Part shown: in pieces, positions 1 to 10,583 of the stretch | Layout of the letters: each line of letters opens with the position of its first letter | Numbering within the stretch: the first letter of the stretch is position 1 | Assembly: GCA_040005235.1 (NCBI GenBank) | Contig: JBDTZG010000033.1 | Coordinates: 1 to 57,651 of the forward strand | Direction: 5' to 3' | Origin: Acidobacteriota bacterium | Lineage (GTDB): Bacteria > Acidobacteriota > Thermoanaerobaculia > Multivoradales > UBA5704 | Length of the DNA stretch: 57,651 nucleotides | Program-made: the position numbers and the translations under genes | The notes under the pieces: model-generated | What the model was told of the DNA's origin: nothing | The model's input: only the letters and a program-made list of their open reading frames with translations | Databases searched by the model: none

Positions 1-6
1 TATCGC

Positions 7-172
7 CGTCCGCCACCAGGGCGGACGAACTACCCACACAGAGAGGCGAAGACCCCCAAGTTAGGGACGCTTCGTCCGCTTGAGGGCCGAAGGCCCGCCC
101 CAACATAGCCTGGGGCAACGCCCCAGGAACCGATTCGGCCCCGAGATCTCAAAAGCTGAAAGCCCGCCCTAT
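7..172. repeat. REP-like palindrome cluster
   Basis: Short GC-rich hairpins: cgtccgcc-acca-gggcggacg, gggccgaaggccc, cctggggc-aac-gccccagg, and a partial second copy gctgaaagcccgccctat. Architecture resembles RAYT/IS200-associated REPs. Confidence 0.6.
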
Positions 173-176
173 GTTT

Positions 177-401
177 TTACGCTGCCTCGGGCCTAACTTG
201 CTGACGCGCCACTTCGATGAGCAGTCGCAAGGCTCGGTTCACCGCCGCAGTATCTGGAAAGACAGCGGCAACGTCCGCGTCTAGCAAAATGAGGTTCGTC
301 CCTTGGCGGTATCGCTCGGCATATTTCCCTCGGACCCCGCCTCGGATGTCGTACTCCGGTTCCATCTCGTCGGCGTTTTCCTCTTTACTCTCCAGATTCA
401 T
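177..401 (-). CDS. BrnA-like antitoxin
   Basis: 74 aa with EYD..GGVRGKYA.RY..GTN.I.LD.DVA..FPD..AVN.ALR.L motif. Overlaps the 3' end of the BrnT gene. Confidence 0.85.
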   Translation of the reverse strand: MNLESKEENADEMEPEYDIRGGVRGKYAERYRQGTNLILLDADVAAVFPDTAAVNRALRLLIEVARQQVRPEAA

Positions 402-660
402 AAGTCCTCCGCTCTCGAGGAGTAGCTGGTCGCGCCCCGATCATCCGCACAGAATCTTCATCTTCCGTGTGCCAGACGATCAAGATTCGTCCAGAATCAA
501 GTGATCGCCCAGTGGTCAAGAAGCGGACCTCCGCCAAATGTTTGAAATCCCTGACCGTCGTTGAAAGCGCGTCACAGAAAACGGTACTGGCCTCCTCGAA
601 AGACACGCCATGTTTGACTAGGTTGCTGGCGGCCTTTTCAGAGTCCCATCGGAACCTCAT
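385..660 (-). CDS. BrnT family toxin
   Basis: MRFRWDSEKAASNLVKHGVSFEEASTVF...R.IGARPATPRERRTYE is the BrnT signature. ATG at 660. Confidence 0.9.
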   Translation of the reverse strand: MRFRWDSEKAASNLVKHGVSFEEASTVFCDALSTTVRDFKHLAEVRFLTTGRSLDSGRILIVWHTEDEDSVRMIGARPATPRERRTYESGE

Positions 661-689
661 CGCCAAACGATAGCATTCTCGGCCGTGTC

Positions 690-1970
690 CTACCCCACCT
701 CCTCCGCCAACCGCCCAGCCAGAAACCGCCGCTCCGGTTCCAGCCGCGCGAGCGTCAGCGCCCTTCGATATGCCTCCGCCGCTTCGGACGTTCGCCCCAA
801 GCGCCGGAGGAGGTCAGCCCGTGCCGCGGGCAGAAGGTGGTAGTCGGCGAGGTCACCGTTCGCTTCCAATCGATCCAGCAGCGCCAGCCCCGCCTCCGGC
901 CCTTCGGCCATGGCGACCGCCACCGCCCGGTTGAGCTCGACGACCGGGGAGGGGCGGGTGCGGAGGAGGAGGGCGTAGAGCTCGGCGATCTGGCGCCAGT
1001 CGGTTTGTTCAGCTCGTTCGGCTCGGGCGTGGACGGCGGCGATGGCTGCCTCTAACGCGTAGGCGTCGGGCGGGCCGGCGCGGAGCGCCTTCTCTACCAG
1101 CCAAAGGCCTTCGGCGATTTTTCGGCGATCCCAGCGGGTGCGGTCTTGGGCTTCGAGCAGGATCGGGAGGCCGTCGGGTGCTTGGCGGGCGTCGCCTCTC
1201 GCGTCGTGGAGGAGCATCAGGGCGAGCAGGCCTTCCACCGCCCGGTGCTCCGGGCGATCGGCGAGCTGGGCGGCGATCAACCGGCCTAGGCGGATGGCTT
1301 CGCCGCACAGTTCGCGGCGGACCAGGGCGTCGCCCGCGGTCGCGGCGTAGCCCTCGTTGAACACCAGGTAGATCACGGCGAGCACGGCGTCGAGCCGGTC
1401 GGGCAGCTCGACGGACTTGGGAATGCGGTAGGGGATGCCGGCGGCGCGGATCTTCGCCTTGGCCCGGACGATTCTCTGCTGGAGGGTCGGCAGCGGCGCC
1501 ATGAAAGCGCGGGCGATCTCTTCGGCGGAGAGGCCGCAGACGGTGCGCAGGGTGAGCGCGACCTGCGCCTCGGGGGCGAGCGCCGGATGGCAACAGGTGA
1601 AGATTAGCCGCAGGCGGTCATCTGGCCAGGATTCGTCGGTCGCGTCGTCCGGCTCCGCGGTCGCGGTCAAAGGAGAGGTTTCCCGGGCGACCGCTTCGAG
1701 CTTGGCCGAGAGGACTCGTTCGCGGCGCAGGCGGTCGAGCGCCTTGTGCCGGGCGGTGGAGATCAGCCAGGCGCGCGGGTTGCCGGGAACTCCCGTCGCG
1801 GGCCAGGCGGTGAGCGCCACGGCGCAGGCTTCTTGGAGCGCCTCCTCGGCGAGGTCGAAATCGCCGAGGAGGCTGATGAGGGTGGCGAGCGCGCGGCCGG
1901 ATTCCTGCCGGAAGATCCGCTCCAAGGCGAGGTCTATGCGGAGCGCTCCGGCGGCGGGCTCGGCGGTCAA
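690..1970 (-). CDS. ECF42-type RNA polymerase sigma factor with C-terminal TPR-like extension (DUF6596)
   Basis: [45 protein letters not shown] and QDRTRWD motifs; lies next to a DGPF/YciI gene. Confidence 0.93.
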   Translation of the reverse strand: MTAEPAAGALRIDLALERIFRQESGRALATLISLLGDFDLAEEALQEACAVALTAWPATGVPGNPRAWLISTARHKALDRLRRERVLSAKLEAVARETSPLTATAEPDDATDESWPDDRLRLIFTCCHPALAPEAQVALTLRTVCGLSAEEIARAFMAPLPTLQQRIVRAKAKIRAAGIPYRIPKSVELPDRLDAVLAVIYLVFNEGYAATAGDALVRRELCGEAIRLGRLIAAQLADRPEHRAVEGLLALMLLHDARGDARQAPDGLPILLEAQDRTRWDRRKIAEGLWLVEKALRAGPPDAYALEAAIAAVHARAERAEQTDWRQIAELYALLLRTRPSPVVELNRAVAVAMAEGPEAGLALLDRLEANGDLADYHLLPAARADLLRRLGRTSEAAEAYRRALTLARLEPERRFLAGRLAEEVG

Positions 1971-1990
1971 AGCAGGGGTCGATCCGCGCC

Positions 1991-2341
1991 TTACATCATC
2001 TGGGGGACCGGCCGGATCTCGATCGAGCCGTCGGTGACCGCGGGGATGCGCGCCGCGATCGCGATCGCCTCATCGAGGTCGGCGGCCTGGATCAGGTAGT
2101 AGCCGCCGAGCTGCTCGCGGGTTTCGGCGAACGGGCCGTCGGTGCTCATCGTCTTGCCGTCCCGCACCCGCACGGTGGTCGCCGTGTTCGTCGGGGAGAG
2201 CGGGTTGCCGGAGACGTAATGGCCGGAGGCTTTGATCGAATCGGTGAAAGCCATGTATTCGCCGTAGACCTTCCCTTGCTCGTCCGGCGACATGCCCACC
2301 CAGCGGGCTTCGTTTTCGTAGATCAGCAGCATGTAGTTCAC
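1991..2341 (-). CDS. YciI/DGPF family protein
   Basis: [18 protein letters not shown]...IEIRP motif; GTG start with AGGAGAG RBS. Confidence 0.93.
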   Translation of the reverse strand: MNYMLLIYENEARWVGMSPDEQGKVYGEYMAFTDSIKASGHYVSGNPLSPTNTATTVRVRDGKTMSTDGPFAETREQLGGYYLIQAADLDEAIAIAARIPAVTDGSIEIRPVPQMM

Positions 2342-2404
2342 GGGGTCTCTCCTAAGTGGGAAGCGCGGTGTTCAGAGGGTCGCGCGCCTCGGGTTCGACC
2401 TCTA

Positions 2405-2431
2405 GTCGAACGGGGTCGGGCGAAATCGACA
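2405..2431 (-). promoter_or_regulatory. ECF42-type promoter TGTCGA-N17-CGAC
   Basis: Minus strand reads TGTCGA tttcgcccgaccccgtt CGAC upstream of the DGPF-ECF42 operon, matching the recalled ECF42 consensus (-35 TGTCGA, -10 CGWC). Confidence 0.75.
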
Positions 2432-2453
2432 GGGTCCGAAAATTTCCGAAAAT

Positions 2454-4067
2454 CTATTCGAGATCCGCCTCCCGGTATTCGCCGAACACCCCGCGCAGAG
2501 CGTCGGAGATCTCGCCGAGCGTGACCTCGGCGCGCACGCAGTCGAGGATCGGCGGCATCAGGTTCGCGTCCCCTCGGGCGGCGGTGGCGAGCGCTTCGAG
2601 GGTCGCGGCGGTTCGCGCGCCGTCCCTGCGCGCGCGCAGCGCCTGGAGGCGGGCGACTTGGTCGCGCTCGATCTCGGGCTCGATCTGGAGCACTTCGATG
2701 GGCAGCTCCTCTTCCGCCGCGAATGCGTTCACCCCCACCACCAGGTCGCGTTTCTCTTCAATCGCGATCTGCGCCCGGTAGGCGGCGTCGGCGATCTCGC
2801 GCTGCTGGAAACCGCGCTCGATCGCCGCGACGGCGCCGCCCATCTGGTCGATTTTTTCGATGTAGGCGCGCGCCCGGGTCACGATCTCGTCGGTCCAGGC
2901 TTCGATCACGTACGAGCCGCCGAGTGGATCGGCGACGTCGGCCACTCCGCTTTCAAACGCGATCACCTGTTGGGTGCGCAGCGCCACCCGGGCGGCTTCT
3001 TCCGTCGGCAGGCCGAGCGCCTCGTCGAGCGAGTTGGTGTGGAGCGATTGGGTGCCGCCGCAGACCGCGGCGAGCGCCTGGAGAGCGACTCTGGCGACGT
3101 TGTTGGTCGGCTGCTGTGCCGTCAAGGTCGAGCCCGCGGTCTGGGTGTGGAAGCGGAGCCAGAGCGAGCGCTCGTCCTTCGGGGCGAACCGTTCGCGCAC
3201 CAGCTCGGCCCAGAGGCGCCGGGCGGCGCGGAACTTCGCCACCTCTTCGAGGAAATTGTTGTGGGCGTTCCAGAAGAACGACAGGCGGGGGGCGAAGGCG
3301 TCGATCGGGAGCCCCCGATCGAGCGCGGCGCCGACGTAGGTGAGCGCGTTCGCCAGGGTGAACGCGACCTCCTGGACGGCGGTCGAGCCGGCCTCTCGCA
3401 TGTGGTAACCGGAGATCGAGATCGTGTTCCATTTCGGCACCCGGTCGGCGCAGAACGCGATCACGTCGGTGACCAGACGGAGCGACGGGCCGGGCGGGTA
3501 GATGTAGGTGCCGCGCGCGGCGTACTCCTTCAAGATGTCGTTCTGCACCGTGCCGCCGACCCGCTCCCACGCGACCCCTTGTTCCTCAGCCACGGCGAGA
3601 TAGAGCGCAAGCAGGATCGCGGCGGTCGAGTTGATCGTCATCGAGGTGGTGACTTTGTCGAGCGGAATGTCGGCGAACAGGCGCCGCATGTCCTCGATCG
3701 AGTCGATCGCCACCCCCACCCGGCCGACCTCGCCGAGCGCGAATGCGTGGTCCGAGTCGTAGCCGATCTGGGTCGGCAGGTCGAACGCCACGGAGAGCCC
3801 GGTGGTCCCCTGGGCGAGCAGGTAGCGGTAGCGTTGATTCGACTCTTCGGCCGAGGCGAACCCGGCGTACTGCCGCATGGTCCAGCGGCGCTGCCGATAC
3901 ATGTCGGCGTAGAGACCGCGGGTGAAAGGATAGCCGCCCGGTCGGCCGATCGTGGCGGGGTCGATCCCCGCGACCTCTTCGGGGCCGTATGAAGGGAGGA
4001 TCGGAATGCCGGAGGAGGTTTCTAGGACCTGCGGCGGCGCGGGGCTTTTCGGGGTTTCGGCAGGCAT
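2454..4067 (-). CDS. Methylmalonyl-CoA mutase, substrate-binding large subunit (no B12-binding domain)
   Basis: [18 protein letters not shown] (Tyr specificity residue), [19 protein letters not shown] (Arg), [12 protein letters not shown]. Confidence 0.95.
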   Translation of the reverse strand: MPAETPKSPAPPQVLETSSGIPILPSYGPEEVAGIDPATIGRPGGYPFTRGLYADMYRQRRWTMRQYAGFASAEESNQRYRYLLAQGTTGLSVAFDLPTQIGYDSDHAFALGEVGRVGVAIDSIEDMRRLFADIPLDKVTTSMTINSTAAILLALYLAVAEEQGVAWERVGGTVQNDILKEYAARGTYIYPPGPSLRLVTDVIAFCADRVPKWNTISISGYHMREAGSTAVQEVAFTLANALTYVGAALDRGLPIDAFAPRLSFFWNAHNNFLEEVAKFRAARRLWAELVRERFAPKDERSLWLRFHTQTAGSTLTAQQPTNNVARVALQALAAVCGGTQSLHTNSLDEALGLPTEEAARVALRTQQVIAFESGVADVADPLGGSYVIEAWTDEIVTRARAYIEKIDQMGGAVAAIERGFQQREIADAAYRAQIAIEEKRDLVVGVNAFAAEEELPIEVLQIEPEIERDQVARLQALRARRDGARTAATLEALATAARGDANLMPPILDCVRAEVTLGEISDALRGVFGEYREADLE

Positions 4068-4209
4068 GGGTCGGATTATAGGCGGTCGGCGGGCAGGGAA
4101 TTTTGGACGGGGTCACTCGAGGACACACCGGATTGCCCGGGTCTCCGGCGGACGCCGGAATCGGGCGTCGCAAGAGGGAAAACCTGTGGAAATCTTGTGG
4201 ACCGCGGAC

Positions 4210-4255
4210 TACCAGATGTGGTGGCTATGCCGCAGTGCGGCCCCTATCGCTGGTG
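4210..4255 (+). promoter_or_regulatory. Tandem NrdR boxes
   Basis: taccagatgtggtg (4210-4223) and ccctatcgctggtg (4242-4255), 32 bp apart, resemble acaCwAtATaTwGtg and lie upstream of nrdJ. Confidence 0.75.
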
Positions 4256-4267
4256 GTCTTAAGGGGT

Positions 4268-4297
4268 TGACACACAACGGATCGGGCGGTTACTTTG
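4268..4297 (+). promoter_or_regulatory. Sigma70 promoter of nrdJ
   Basis: TTGACA (4268-4273), 18-bp spacer, TACTTT (4292-4297). Confidence 0.65.
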
Positions 4298-4407
4298 GCA
4301 GACGCGGAACGAAGCTTCAGGAACGGGGGTACGGGCGGAATCTCGCCCGGCCGCCGCTGTAACTTTTGCTCACGCCTAACCGGCAGTACATCTAGGAGAG
4401 CTACCTC

Positions 4408-7194
4408 ATGGCGACCGAACCGACCCTCATTCCCGAGAACTCGAACGAGGCGCCGAGCCGTACGTCCGAGGCAACGAAGGGGTCGAAGTTTCAGCGCTAC
4501 TACACCACGCCGGGCGTGAGTCCTTACGACTTGGTGGAGTGGGAGCAGCGCGACGCTCTGATCACCAACGAGCGCGGCGAGAAGATCTTCGAGCAGAAGG
4601 GCGTCGAAATGCCGAAGGCCTGGTCACAGACCGCCACCAACGTGGTCGTGTCGAAATACTTCCGCGGCCATCTGGGCGCGCTCGACCGGGAGCGCAGCGT
4701 CCGCCAGCTGATCGGCCGGGTCGCGGACACGATCGCCGTGTGGGGCCGCCAGGGAGGCTACTTCGCGACCGAAGCCGACGGCGACACGTTTCACGCCGAG
4801 CTGACCCACATCCTGCTCCATCAATATGCCTGCTTCAATTCGCCGGTCTGGTTCAACGTCGGGATCGAAGAGAAGCCGCAGTGCTCGGCCTGCTTCATCA
4901 ACTCGGTCGACGACACGATGCAGTCGATCCTCGAATTGGCGAAGACCGAAGGCATGCTGTTCAAATACGGCTCGGGCACCGGCTCGAACCTCTCGGCGCT
5001 CCGGTCGGCGCGCGAGCCGCTCGCGGGCGGCGGCACCGCTTCCGGTCCGGTCTCGTTCATGAAGGGATTCGACGCCTTCGCCGGCGTGATCAAGAGCGGC
5101 GGCAAGACCCGCCGCGCGGCGAAAATGGTGATCCTGGACGTCGATCACCCGGACGTCATCGACTTCATCCGTTGCAAGGAAGTCGAGGAGAAGAAGGCCT
5201 GGGCGCTGATCGACGCCGGGTACGAAGGGGGCTTCAACATCGTCGGCGGCGCCTACGATTCGATCGCCTACCAGAACGCCAACCACTCGGTGCGCGCGAG
5301 CGACGAGTTCATGCAGGCGGTTGTGGAAGACGGCAAATGGTCGACCCGGGCGCGGATCGACAATCGGCCGATGGACACCTACAAGGCGCGCGACATCATG
5401 CGCATGATCGCCGAGGCGACCTGGGTGTGCGGCGATCCGGGCATGCAGTTCGACACCACGATCAACGACTGGCACACCTCGGCCAAAACCGCGCGGATCA
5501 ACGCCAGCAACCCCTGCTCGGAGTACATGTTCTTAGACGACACGGCGTGCAACCTGGCGTCGCTCAACCTGCTCCGGTTCTACGAGGACACGACCGGCTT
5601 CGACGTGGCGAGCTTCAAGCACTCGTGCGAAGTCGTCATCTCGGCGCAGGAGATCCTGGTCGATTTCGCGAGCTATCCGACGCCGAAGATCGGCGCCAAC
5701 TCCCACGCCTTCCGGCCGCTCGGCATCGGCTACGCGAATCTGGGCGCCCTGTTGATGGCGCGCGGCCTGCCCTACGACTCGGATTCCGGCCGCGATTACG
5801 CCGGCGCGATCACCGCGCTGATGACCGGCGCCTCTTACGCCCAGTCGGCGCGGCTCGCCGCGGCGATGGGACCGTTCGCCGGCTATGAGGTGAACCGGCA
5901 ACCGATGAGCCGGGTGATGCGCAAGCATCGCGACGCGATCCGCAAGATCGAGGCGGCCCATGTGCCGCTCGACCTGCTGCAGGCGGCGAAGAAGTCGTGG
6001 GACGAGGTGGTCGAGCTGGGCGAAAAGGTGGGCCTGCGCAACAGTCAGATCTCGGTGCTCGCGCCGACCGGCACGATCGCCTTCATGATGGACTGCGACA
6101 CGACCGGCGTCGAGCCGGACATCGCGCTCGTCAAGTACAAGAAGCTGGTCGGCGGCGGCATGATCAAGATCGTCAACGGCACGGTGCCGAAGGCGTTGAA
6201 GCGGCTCGGCTACGACCGGGAGCAGGTCCGGGCGGTCGTCGAGTTCATCGACGAGAACGACACGATCGAAGGGGCGCCGCATTTGAAGCCTGAGCACCTC
6301 GCGGTGTTCGATTGCGCGTTCAAGCCGAACAAGGGCTCGCGCTCGATCCACTACATGGGCCACTTGAAGATGCTCGCCGCGGCGCAGCCGTTCATCTCGG
6401 GCGCGATCAGCAAGACGATCAACATGCCCGAGGATTCGACCGTCGACGAGATCCTCCAGGCCTACGTCGAAGGGTGGCGGATGGGCTTGAAGGCGATCGC
6501 GGTCTACCGCGACAACTGCAAGCGCAGCCAGCCGTTGTCGACCAAGAAGGACGAGTCGTCGCCGGTGGCGACCGCGCTCAACCTCGCGGCCGAACGCCGG
6601 ACGGTCCGCCGTCGCCTGGCCGACGAGCGCCGGGCGATCACCCACAAGTTCTCGATCAACGACCACGAGGGTTTCATCACGGTCGGGCTCTACGACGACG
6701 GCCAGCCGGGCGAGCTGTTCCTGATGATGGCCAAGGAAGGCTCGACCATCTCCGGGCTGATGGACGCGTTCGGCATCGCGGTCTCGATCGCGCTCCAGTA
6801 CGGCGTGCCGTTGAAGACGCTGGTCGACAAGTTCAGCCACACCCGATTCGAGCCCTCGGGTTTCTCCTCGAACCCCGAGATTCCGATCGCCAAGTCGATC
6901 ATCGACTACATTTTCCGCTGGATGGCCAGCAAGTTCCTGTCGGCCCAAGAAAAGTTCGACGTCGGCGTGATCCTGCGCGAAGAAGTTCCCTCGGCCGATG
7001 CGCCGCCCGCGGTGGCCCTCCTGGGCGGCGGGCGCCTGGAGCCGGTGCTCGTAGCGAGCGTCGCGGAATCGCGCAAAGTGACGTTCCTCTACCAGCAGGA
7101 CGCCCCGAGCTGCCACGACTGCGGCTCGATCATGGTGCGAAACGGCAGCTGCTACAAATGCCTGAATTGCGGTTCGACCAGCGGTTGCAGTTAA
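4408..7194 (+). CDS. nrdJ: Adenosylcobalamin-dependent (class II) ribonucleotide reductase
   Basis: FNSPVWFN..PQCSACFI, NASNPCSEYMF, APTGTI, TSCPD-type C-terminal region and a Cys-rich tail; AGGAG RBS. Confidence 0.97.
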   Translation: MATEPTLIPENSNEAPSRTSEATKGSKFQRYYTTPGVSPYDLVEWEQRDALITNERGEKIFEQKGVEMPKAWSQTATNVVVSKYFRGHLGALDRERSVRQLIGRVADTIAVWGRQGGYFATEADGDTFHAELTHILLHQYACFNSPVWFNVGIEEKPQCSACFINSVDDTMQSILELAKTEGMLFKYGSGTGSNLSALRSAREPLAGGGTASGPVSFMKGFDAFAGVIKSGGKTRRAAKMVILDVDHPDVIDFIRCKEVEEKKAWALIDAGYEGGFNIVGGAYDSIAYQNANHSVRASDEFMQAVVEDGKWSTRARIDNRPMDTYKARDIMRMIAEATWVCGDPGMQFDTTINDWHTSAKTARINASNPCSEYMFLDDTACNLASLNLLRFYEDTTGFDVASFKHSCEVVISAQEILVDFASYPTPKIGANSHAFRPLGIGYANLGALLMARGLPYDSDSGRDYAGAITALMTGASYAQSARLAAAMGPFAGYEVNRQPMSRVMRKHRDAIRKIEAAHVPLDLLQAAKKSWDEVVELGEKVGLRNSQISVLAPTGTIAFMMDCDTTGVEPDIALVKYKKLVGGGMIKIVNGTVPKALKRLGYDREQVRAVVEFIDENDTIEGAPHLKPEHLAVFDCAFKPNKGSRSIHYMGHLKMLAAAQPFISGAISKTINMPEDSTVDEILQAYVEGWRMGLKAIAVYRDNCKRSQPLSTKKDESSPVATALNLAAERRTVRRRLADERRAITHKFSINDHEGFITVGLYDDGQPGELFLMMAKEGSTISGLMDAFGIAVSIALQYGVPLKTLVDKFSHTRFEPSGFSSNPEIPIAKSIIDYIFRWMASKFLSAQEKFDVGVILREEVPSADAPPAVALLGGGRLEPVLVASVAESRKVTFLYQQDAPSCHDCGSIMVRNGSCYKCLNCGSTSGCS

Positions 7195-7277
7195 GATCCG
7201 CCGCTGGAATCCGAGTTGTGTAGGGCGGGGAAGGCGCGTCTGGAGGGGCGTGCTGCTGTACGAGTAGGGGGAGGAGA

Positions 7278-7320
7278 GAAGGGGAAGAGGGCGAAAGCTC
7301 TCTTCCCCTTCGGTTTTCTT
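7278..7320 (+). terminator. Intrinsic terminator after nrdJ
   Basis: gaaggggaagagggc-gaaa-gctctcttccccttc followed by ggttttctt. Confidence 0.8.
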
Positions 7321-7360
7321 GGACGTGCGCGAGGCCCAGATGCCATATATTCCCCGTGCC

Positions 7361-7900
7361 ATGAAGACGCTCAGCCTGCTCCGCCTCCGGCCGGTCCTCC
7401 TCCTCGCCCTGCTTTCGATCCTGCTCGGTTTCGGCTGTCAGGAGGGATTTTCCTCTTCGGCGTCTTCGACCTCGACCAAGTCCGCCACGGCCGCGGCGAC
7501 CCAGTTCCGCCTGAAGACGTTGGAGGGGGGCAAATCGTTGGGGCCGCCCGACTTCCCCGGCAAGGTGGTGGTGGTCGACTTCTGGGCGACCTGGTGCGGT
7601 CCGTGCCAAATCCAGGCGCGCATTCTCGATGCGATGGCCAAGAGCTACGCGGGCAACAAGCGGGTCCAGTTCCTGGCCGCCAACGTCGGCGAGACCTCGG
7701 AGACGGTGAAGAGCTACGTCAAAAACAAGCCGTTTCCCTATCCGGTGCTGCTCGATCCGGACGGCGTTTCGGACGATCTCGGGGTCTTCGCGCTGCCGAC
7801 TCTTCTGATCATCGACACCCGAGGCAAAGTCGCCTTCTTCGAGCCGGGCATCGCCGACGCCGACATGATCAAGAAGATTCTGGCCCAGGCCGGGGCCTGA
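7361..7900 (+). CDS. TlpA family disulfide reductase (probable lipoprotein)
   Basis: VVVDFWATWCGPC motif; signal peptide ending LGFGC. Start could also be 7340. Confidence 0.9.
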   Translation: MKTLSLLRLRPVLLLALLSILLGFGCQEGFSSSASSTSTKSATAAATQFRLKTLEGGKSLGPPDFPGKVVVVDFWATWCGPCQIQARILDAMAKSYAGNKRVQFLAANVGETSETVKSYVKNKPFPYPVLLDPDGVSDDLGVFALPTLLIIDTRGKVAFFEPGIADADMIKKILAQAGA

Positions 7901-8285
7901 GGATCAGCGTCAGGTTGCGGGCGTAGACCACCAAGCCCGCGAGCTGGCCGACCGATCCCACCGGATCGCCCCGGCGCAGGAAGTAGATTGCGAGAATCAC
8001 CCCGCCGAAAAGGCTGAGCCACCAGAACACCACGGGAACGACGCTCTGGCGTTTGCGCTCGGTGGAGATCCACTGCGCGAGCATCCGCCCGGTGAACAGC
8101 GCCTGCCCCAGGAACCCGAACGCGATCCAGCTGCGCGGCAGTCCCGCCTCGCGGGCGTCCGTCGGGTGTTGCGGTCGCGCGGTTGTTGGAGGGGTCGTCG
8201 CCGGAGCGGTGTGGGTGACGAGAGGAATGAGCGCCAAGCCAGCGGCTAGGCCGGTCACGAAAATGACGAGGTAGATCGGTTTCAC
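7869..8285 (-). CDS. Lipid A biosynthesis N-terminal (LAB_N) domain membrane protein
   Basis: GFLGQALFTGR..QWISTE....SVVPVVFWWLSLFGG....YF....DPV..VGQ....VYARNL motif. Confidence 0.85.
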   Translation of the reverse strand: MKPIYLVIFVTGLAAGLALIPLVTHTAPATTPPTTARPQHPTDAREAGLPRSWIAFGFLGQALFTGRMLAQWISTERKRQSVVPVVFWWLSLFGGVILAIYFLRRGDPVGSVGQLAGLVVYARNLTLILRPRPGPESS

Positions 8286-8311
8286 CGGTCGATACGCTCC
8301 GAAGGAAGGGC

Positions 8312-8360
8312 AAAAGGCCAGACCCTCTCCCGCGAGCTTGAACGCTCGGGAGAGGGTCTG
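8312..8360 (-). terminator. Intrinsic terminator after the OmpA gene
   Basis: cagaccctctcccg...cgggagagggtctg stem, with a short U tract on the minus strand. Confidence 0.65.
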
Positions 8361-8389
8361 TTGCTTTCGGGGATCGTACCGCGAGGTGA

Positions 8390-9022
8390 CTACTTGAGAA
8401 CGACGAGTGCCACGCGGCGGTTCTGCGACCGCCCCTTACCCGATTTGTTGTCGGCGATCGGGGCGAGCTCACCGTAGGAGATGACGTTCATCCGGTGGAG
8501 CGGCAGCTGGTGCTCGCGGGCGAGGTAATTGCGCACGGCCTGAGCGCGCGACTGGCCGAGCTCCTCGTTGTAGTCGTCGGCGCCGACCGAATCGGTGTGC
8601 CCCTGGACCTCGATGTAGACCCCGGCGCCATCCTCCTTGAGCTTGGTGGCGAACTCGTCGAGCGCGGCTTTCGCCTCGGCCGACAGGTCGGTTTTGTTGA
8701 AGCCGAAGTGGACCCGGTCGTCGGTCAGCACGGTCTCGTAGAGCAGCTTGCCTTCGGCAAGCTTGCCCGCCTCTTGAGCGCGCTGGAGGGCCTCTTGCGC
8801 CGTGCGCGAGGCCTCGCCGATCTGCTGGTCATGGGTTTGGAGCTTGGCGTCCTGCTGCTTGTTCTGACTCTGAACCTCTTCGACCTGGCCCTCTACGCCG
8901 TTGACGCGGTCGGTGACCTTGGCATCTTCCTTCTGAACGTACTTCTTGGTCGCACAGCCGGAGGCGAGCAACCCTCCCGCGAGCATGAGGGCGAGGGCAG
9001 GGAGTTTGACGGACTTCAGCAT
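8390..9022 (-). CDS. OmpA family peptidoglycan-associated lipoprotein
   Basis: Lipobox ASGC; VQGHTDSVG..YNEELGQSRAQAV...SYGE..P...N......NRRV. Confidence 0.93.
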   Translation of the reverse strand: MLKSVKLPALALMLAGGLLASGCATKKYVQKEDAKVTDRVNGVEGQVEEVQSQNKQQDAKLQTHDQQIGEASRTAQEALQRAQEAGKLAEGKLLYETVLTDDRVHFGFNKTDLSAEAKAALDEFATKLKEDGAGVYIEVQGHTDSVGADDYNEELGQSRAQAVRNYLAREHQLPLHRMNVISYGELAPIADNKSGKGRSQNRRVALVVLK

Positions 9023-9088
9023 GAGATAATCCTCCTAGGGATTCGGGATTCGGGTTTGCCCGAAACTGAGGGTTCGCCCGCTCCCGGT

Positions 9089-10093
9089 TCATCTCCCCAC
9101 GCTGACCGCGGGGGGAGGTCCGTTGTAGCCGCGTCGGAACAGCACCGCCCTTTTTCCCGGCACCTGGATCTCCAGGCGGCGGAAGCGGTCGGCGCCATCG
9201 CCGGTCGCGAAGCCGAGAACGTACTGATGCCGCAGATCCTCGCGGATCGCGGTTAACGCCTCGGTCAAATCCGAGGTCGAAGCGACGGAGAAGTAACGGC
9301 CGCCAGACGTCGCGGCGAGCAAGTTCAAAACGTCGGCGTAGCGGTAGACCTTTTTGCCCTGTTCGTCCAACGGGTAGGGGCTGCCCGAATCGAACCCGAG
9401 CACGTAGACCGGCAGCTGCGCGGCGCGCACCAGCTCGCGCGCCTGCTCGGGCGTCATCGAGCTTGCGTTGTCGACGCCGTCGGTGATCAGCAGGGCGAAG
9501 CGTTTCGGATTGTGGCCCGAGCCGGAGACCTCGGGCATGTTGGCCACGGCATCGTGCAGGGCGGTCTTGCCCCACGGTTTCCAAGTCGCGACCGCCTCGC
9601 GCAGCGCGCCGAGATCCGCGGTGAACGGCACGTCGATCCGTTGCTCGCCGTCGGAAAACGTGGCGATTGCAAACTCGTCGCCCGAGGCGGCGGAATCGAA
9701 GAAGAAGCTCGCGGCGTTGCGGCTCCAGACCAGCCGCTCTCCCGCGTCCATGCTGCCCGAGAGATCCTGCAGCAGAACCAAGCTCGCCGGGGCGTCGGCC
9801 CGGCTCTCGAAGCTCTCGAACGAAGTTTTCTTGCCGTCCACGAACAGCTCGAAATCGCCGCGATCGAGGCCTTTGACGTAGCGCGCGCCGTCGCGCACGA
9901 CGACCGGGACCAGCACGTAACCGACCGAGAAGCTGTCGGCGAATTCTGCCGCCGGATCGCTGTTTACCGGCGTACCCGCCCCGCTCTGTAACTGACCGGC
10001 CGTCTGGGCGAAGCCGCTCCCCTGCAGGGTGGCGAGGAGGCTTCCCGTGGCCAGGAGCAGGGAAAGCGTGCGGGGGAGGGGGCGATTCGTCAT
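9089..10093 (-). CDS. VWA domain protein (Acidobacterial VWFA-related)
   Basis: MIDAS DLSGSM, TALHDAV, LITDGVDNAS, QYVLGF; signal peptide from ATG 10093. Confidence 0.88.
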   Translation of the reverse strand: MTNRPLPRTLSLLLATGSLLATLQGSGFAQTAGQLQSGAGTPVNSDPAAEFADSFSVGYVLVPVVVRDGARYVKGLDRGDFELFVDGKKTSFESFESRADAPASLVLLQDLSGSMDAGERLVWSRNAASFFFDSAASGDEFAIATFSDGEQRIDVPFTADLGALREAVATWKPWGKTALHDAVANMPEVSGSGHNPKRFALLITDGVDNASSMTPEQARELVRAAQLPVYVLGFDSGSPYPLDEQGKKVYRYADVLNLLAATSGGRYFSVASTSDLTEALTAIREDLRHQYVLGFATGDGADRFRRLEIQVPGKRAVLFRRGYNGPPPAVSVGR

Positions 10094-10189
10094 GCCGAAA
10101 AAGGACGGTAGCAAACCATGCGCCATCGGCTATGGGTGGCCGCCGTGGACGCTGCGAGAGGTAGAGTCCGCGGCGACAAGGAGAACCTC

Positions 10190-10447
10190 ATGAACGATTC
10201 GATCGATCTGCGCTTCCTCTCGATCAAGTGCGGTAACTGCAACACCTACCAGACCTTAGCCGCCTTCTCGCGGCGCGAGGAATGGAACGTCTACAGCTAC
10301 GAGTGCGAAAACGACGTCTGCGATCCCAACGTCACCCGCACCTACCTGGAAATCCCCCGAGAGCTCGACGCCTTCGCCCGCCGCGACCCAAATTGGCGTG
10401 GCGGCGGCAAACATGGCGCAGAAGGAGACGGGGCTCCGACCGACTAA
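10190..10447 (+). CDS. Small Cys-rich hypothetical protein (putative Zn ribbon)
   Basis: AAGGAG RBS then ATG 10190; CGNC...CENDVC; typical host codon usage. Confidence 0.75.
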   Translation: MNDSIDLRFLSIKCGNCNTYQTLAAFSRREEWNVYSYECENDVCDPNVTRTYLEIPRELDAFARRDPNWRGGGKHGAEGDGAPTD

Positions 10448-10583
10448 GGGGCGGGCCGAGGTCGGTGTCTTCTATGTCCGCCAAGCTGGACATGTTACCC
10501 TTGGCACTCAAGCGGGCTCGCCCCCGCCCCCCTAATATCGCCAGGTTCAGTCTGTCGCAATTCCTACCCAGGAGAAGGTAGCC

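Noticed and set aside
4068-4407. Cobalamin riboswitch between two B12 enzymes
   Set aside because: No recognisable B12-box elements were seen by eye; the region is explained by NrdR boxes and a promoter.
5533-7362. 609-aa antisense ORF (likewise 2658..3992, 29440..30978, 40427..42682, 50857..53007 and others)
   Set aside because: Shadow ORFs opposite well-supported genes, expected at high GC3; no recognisable motifs.
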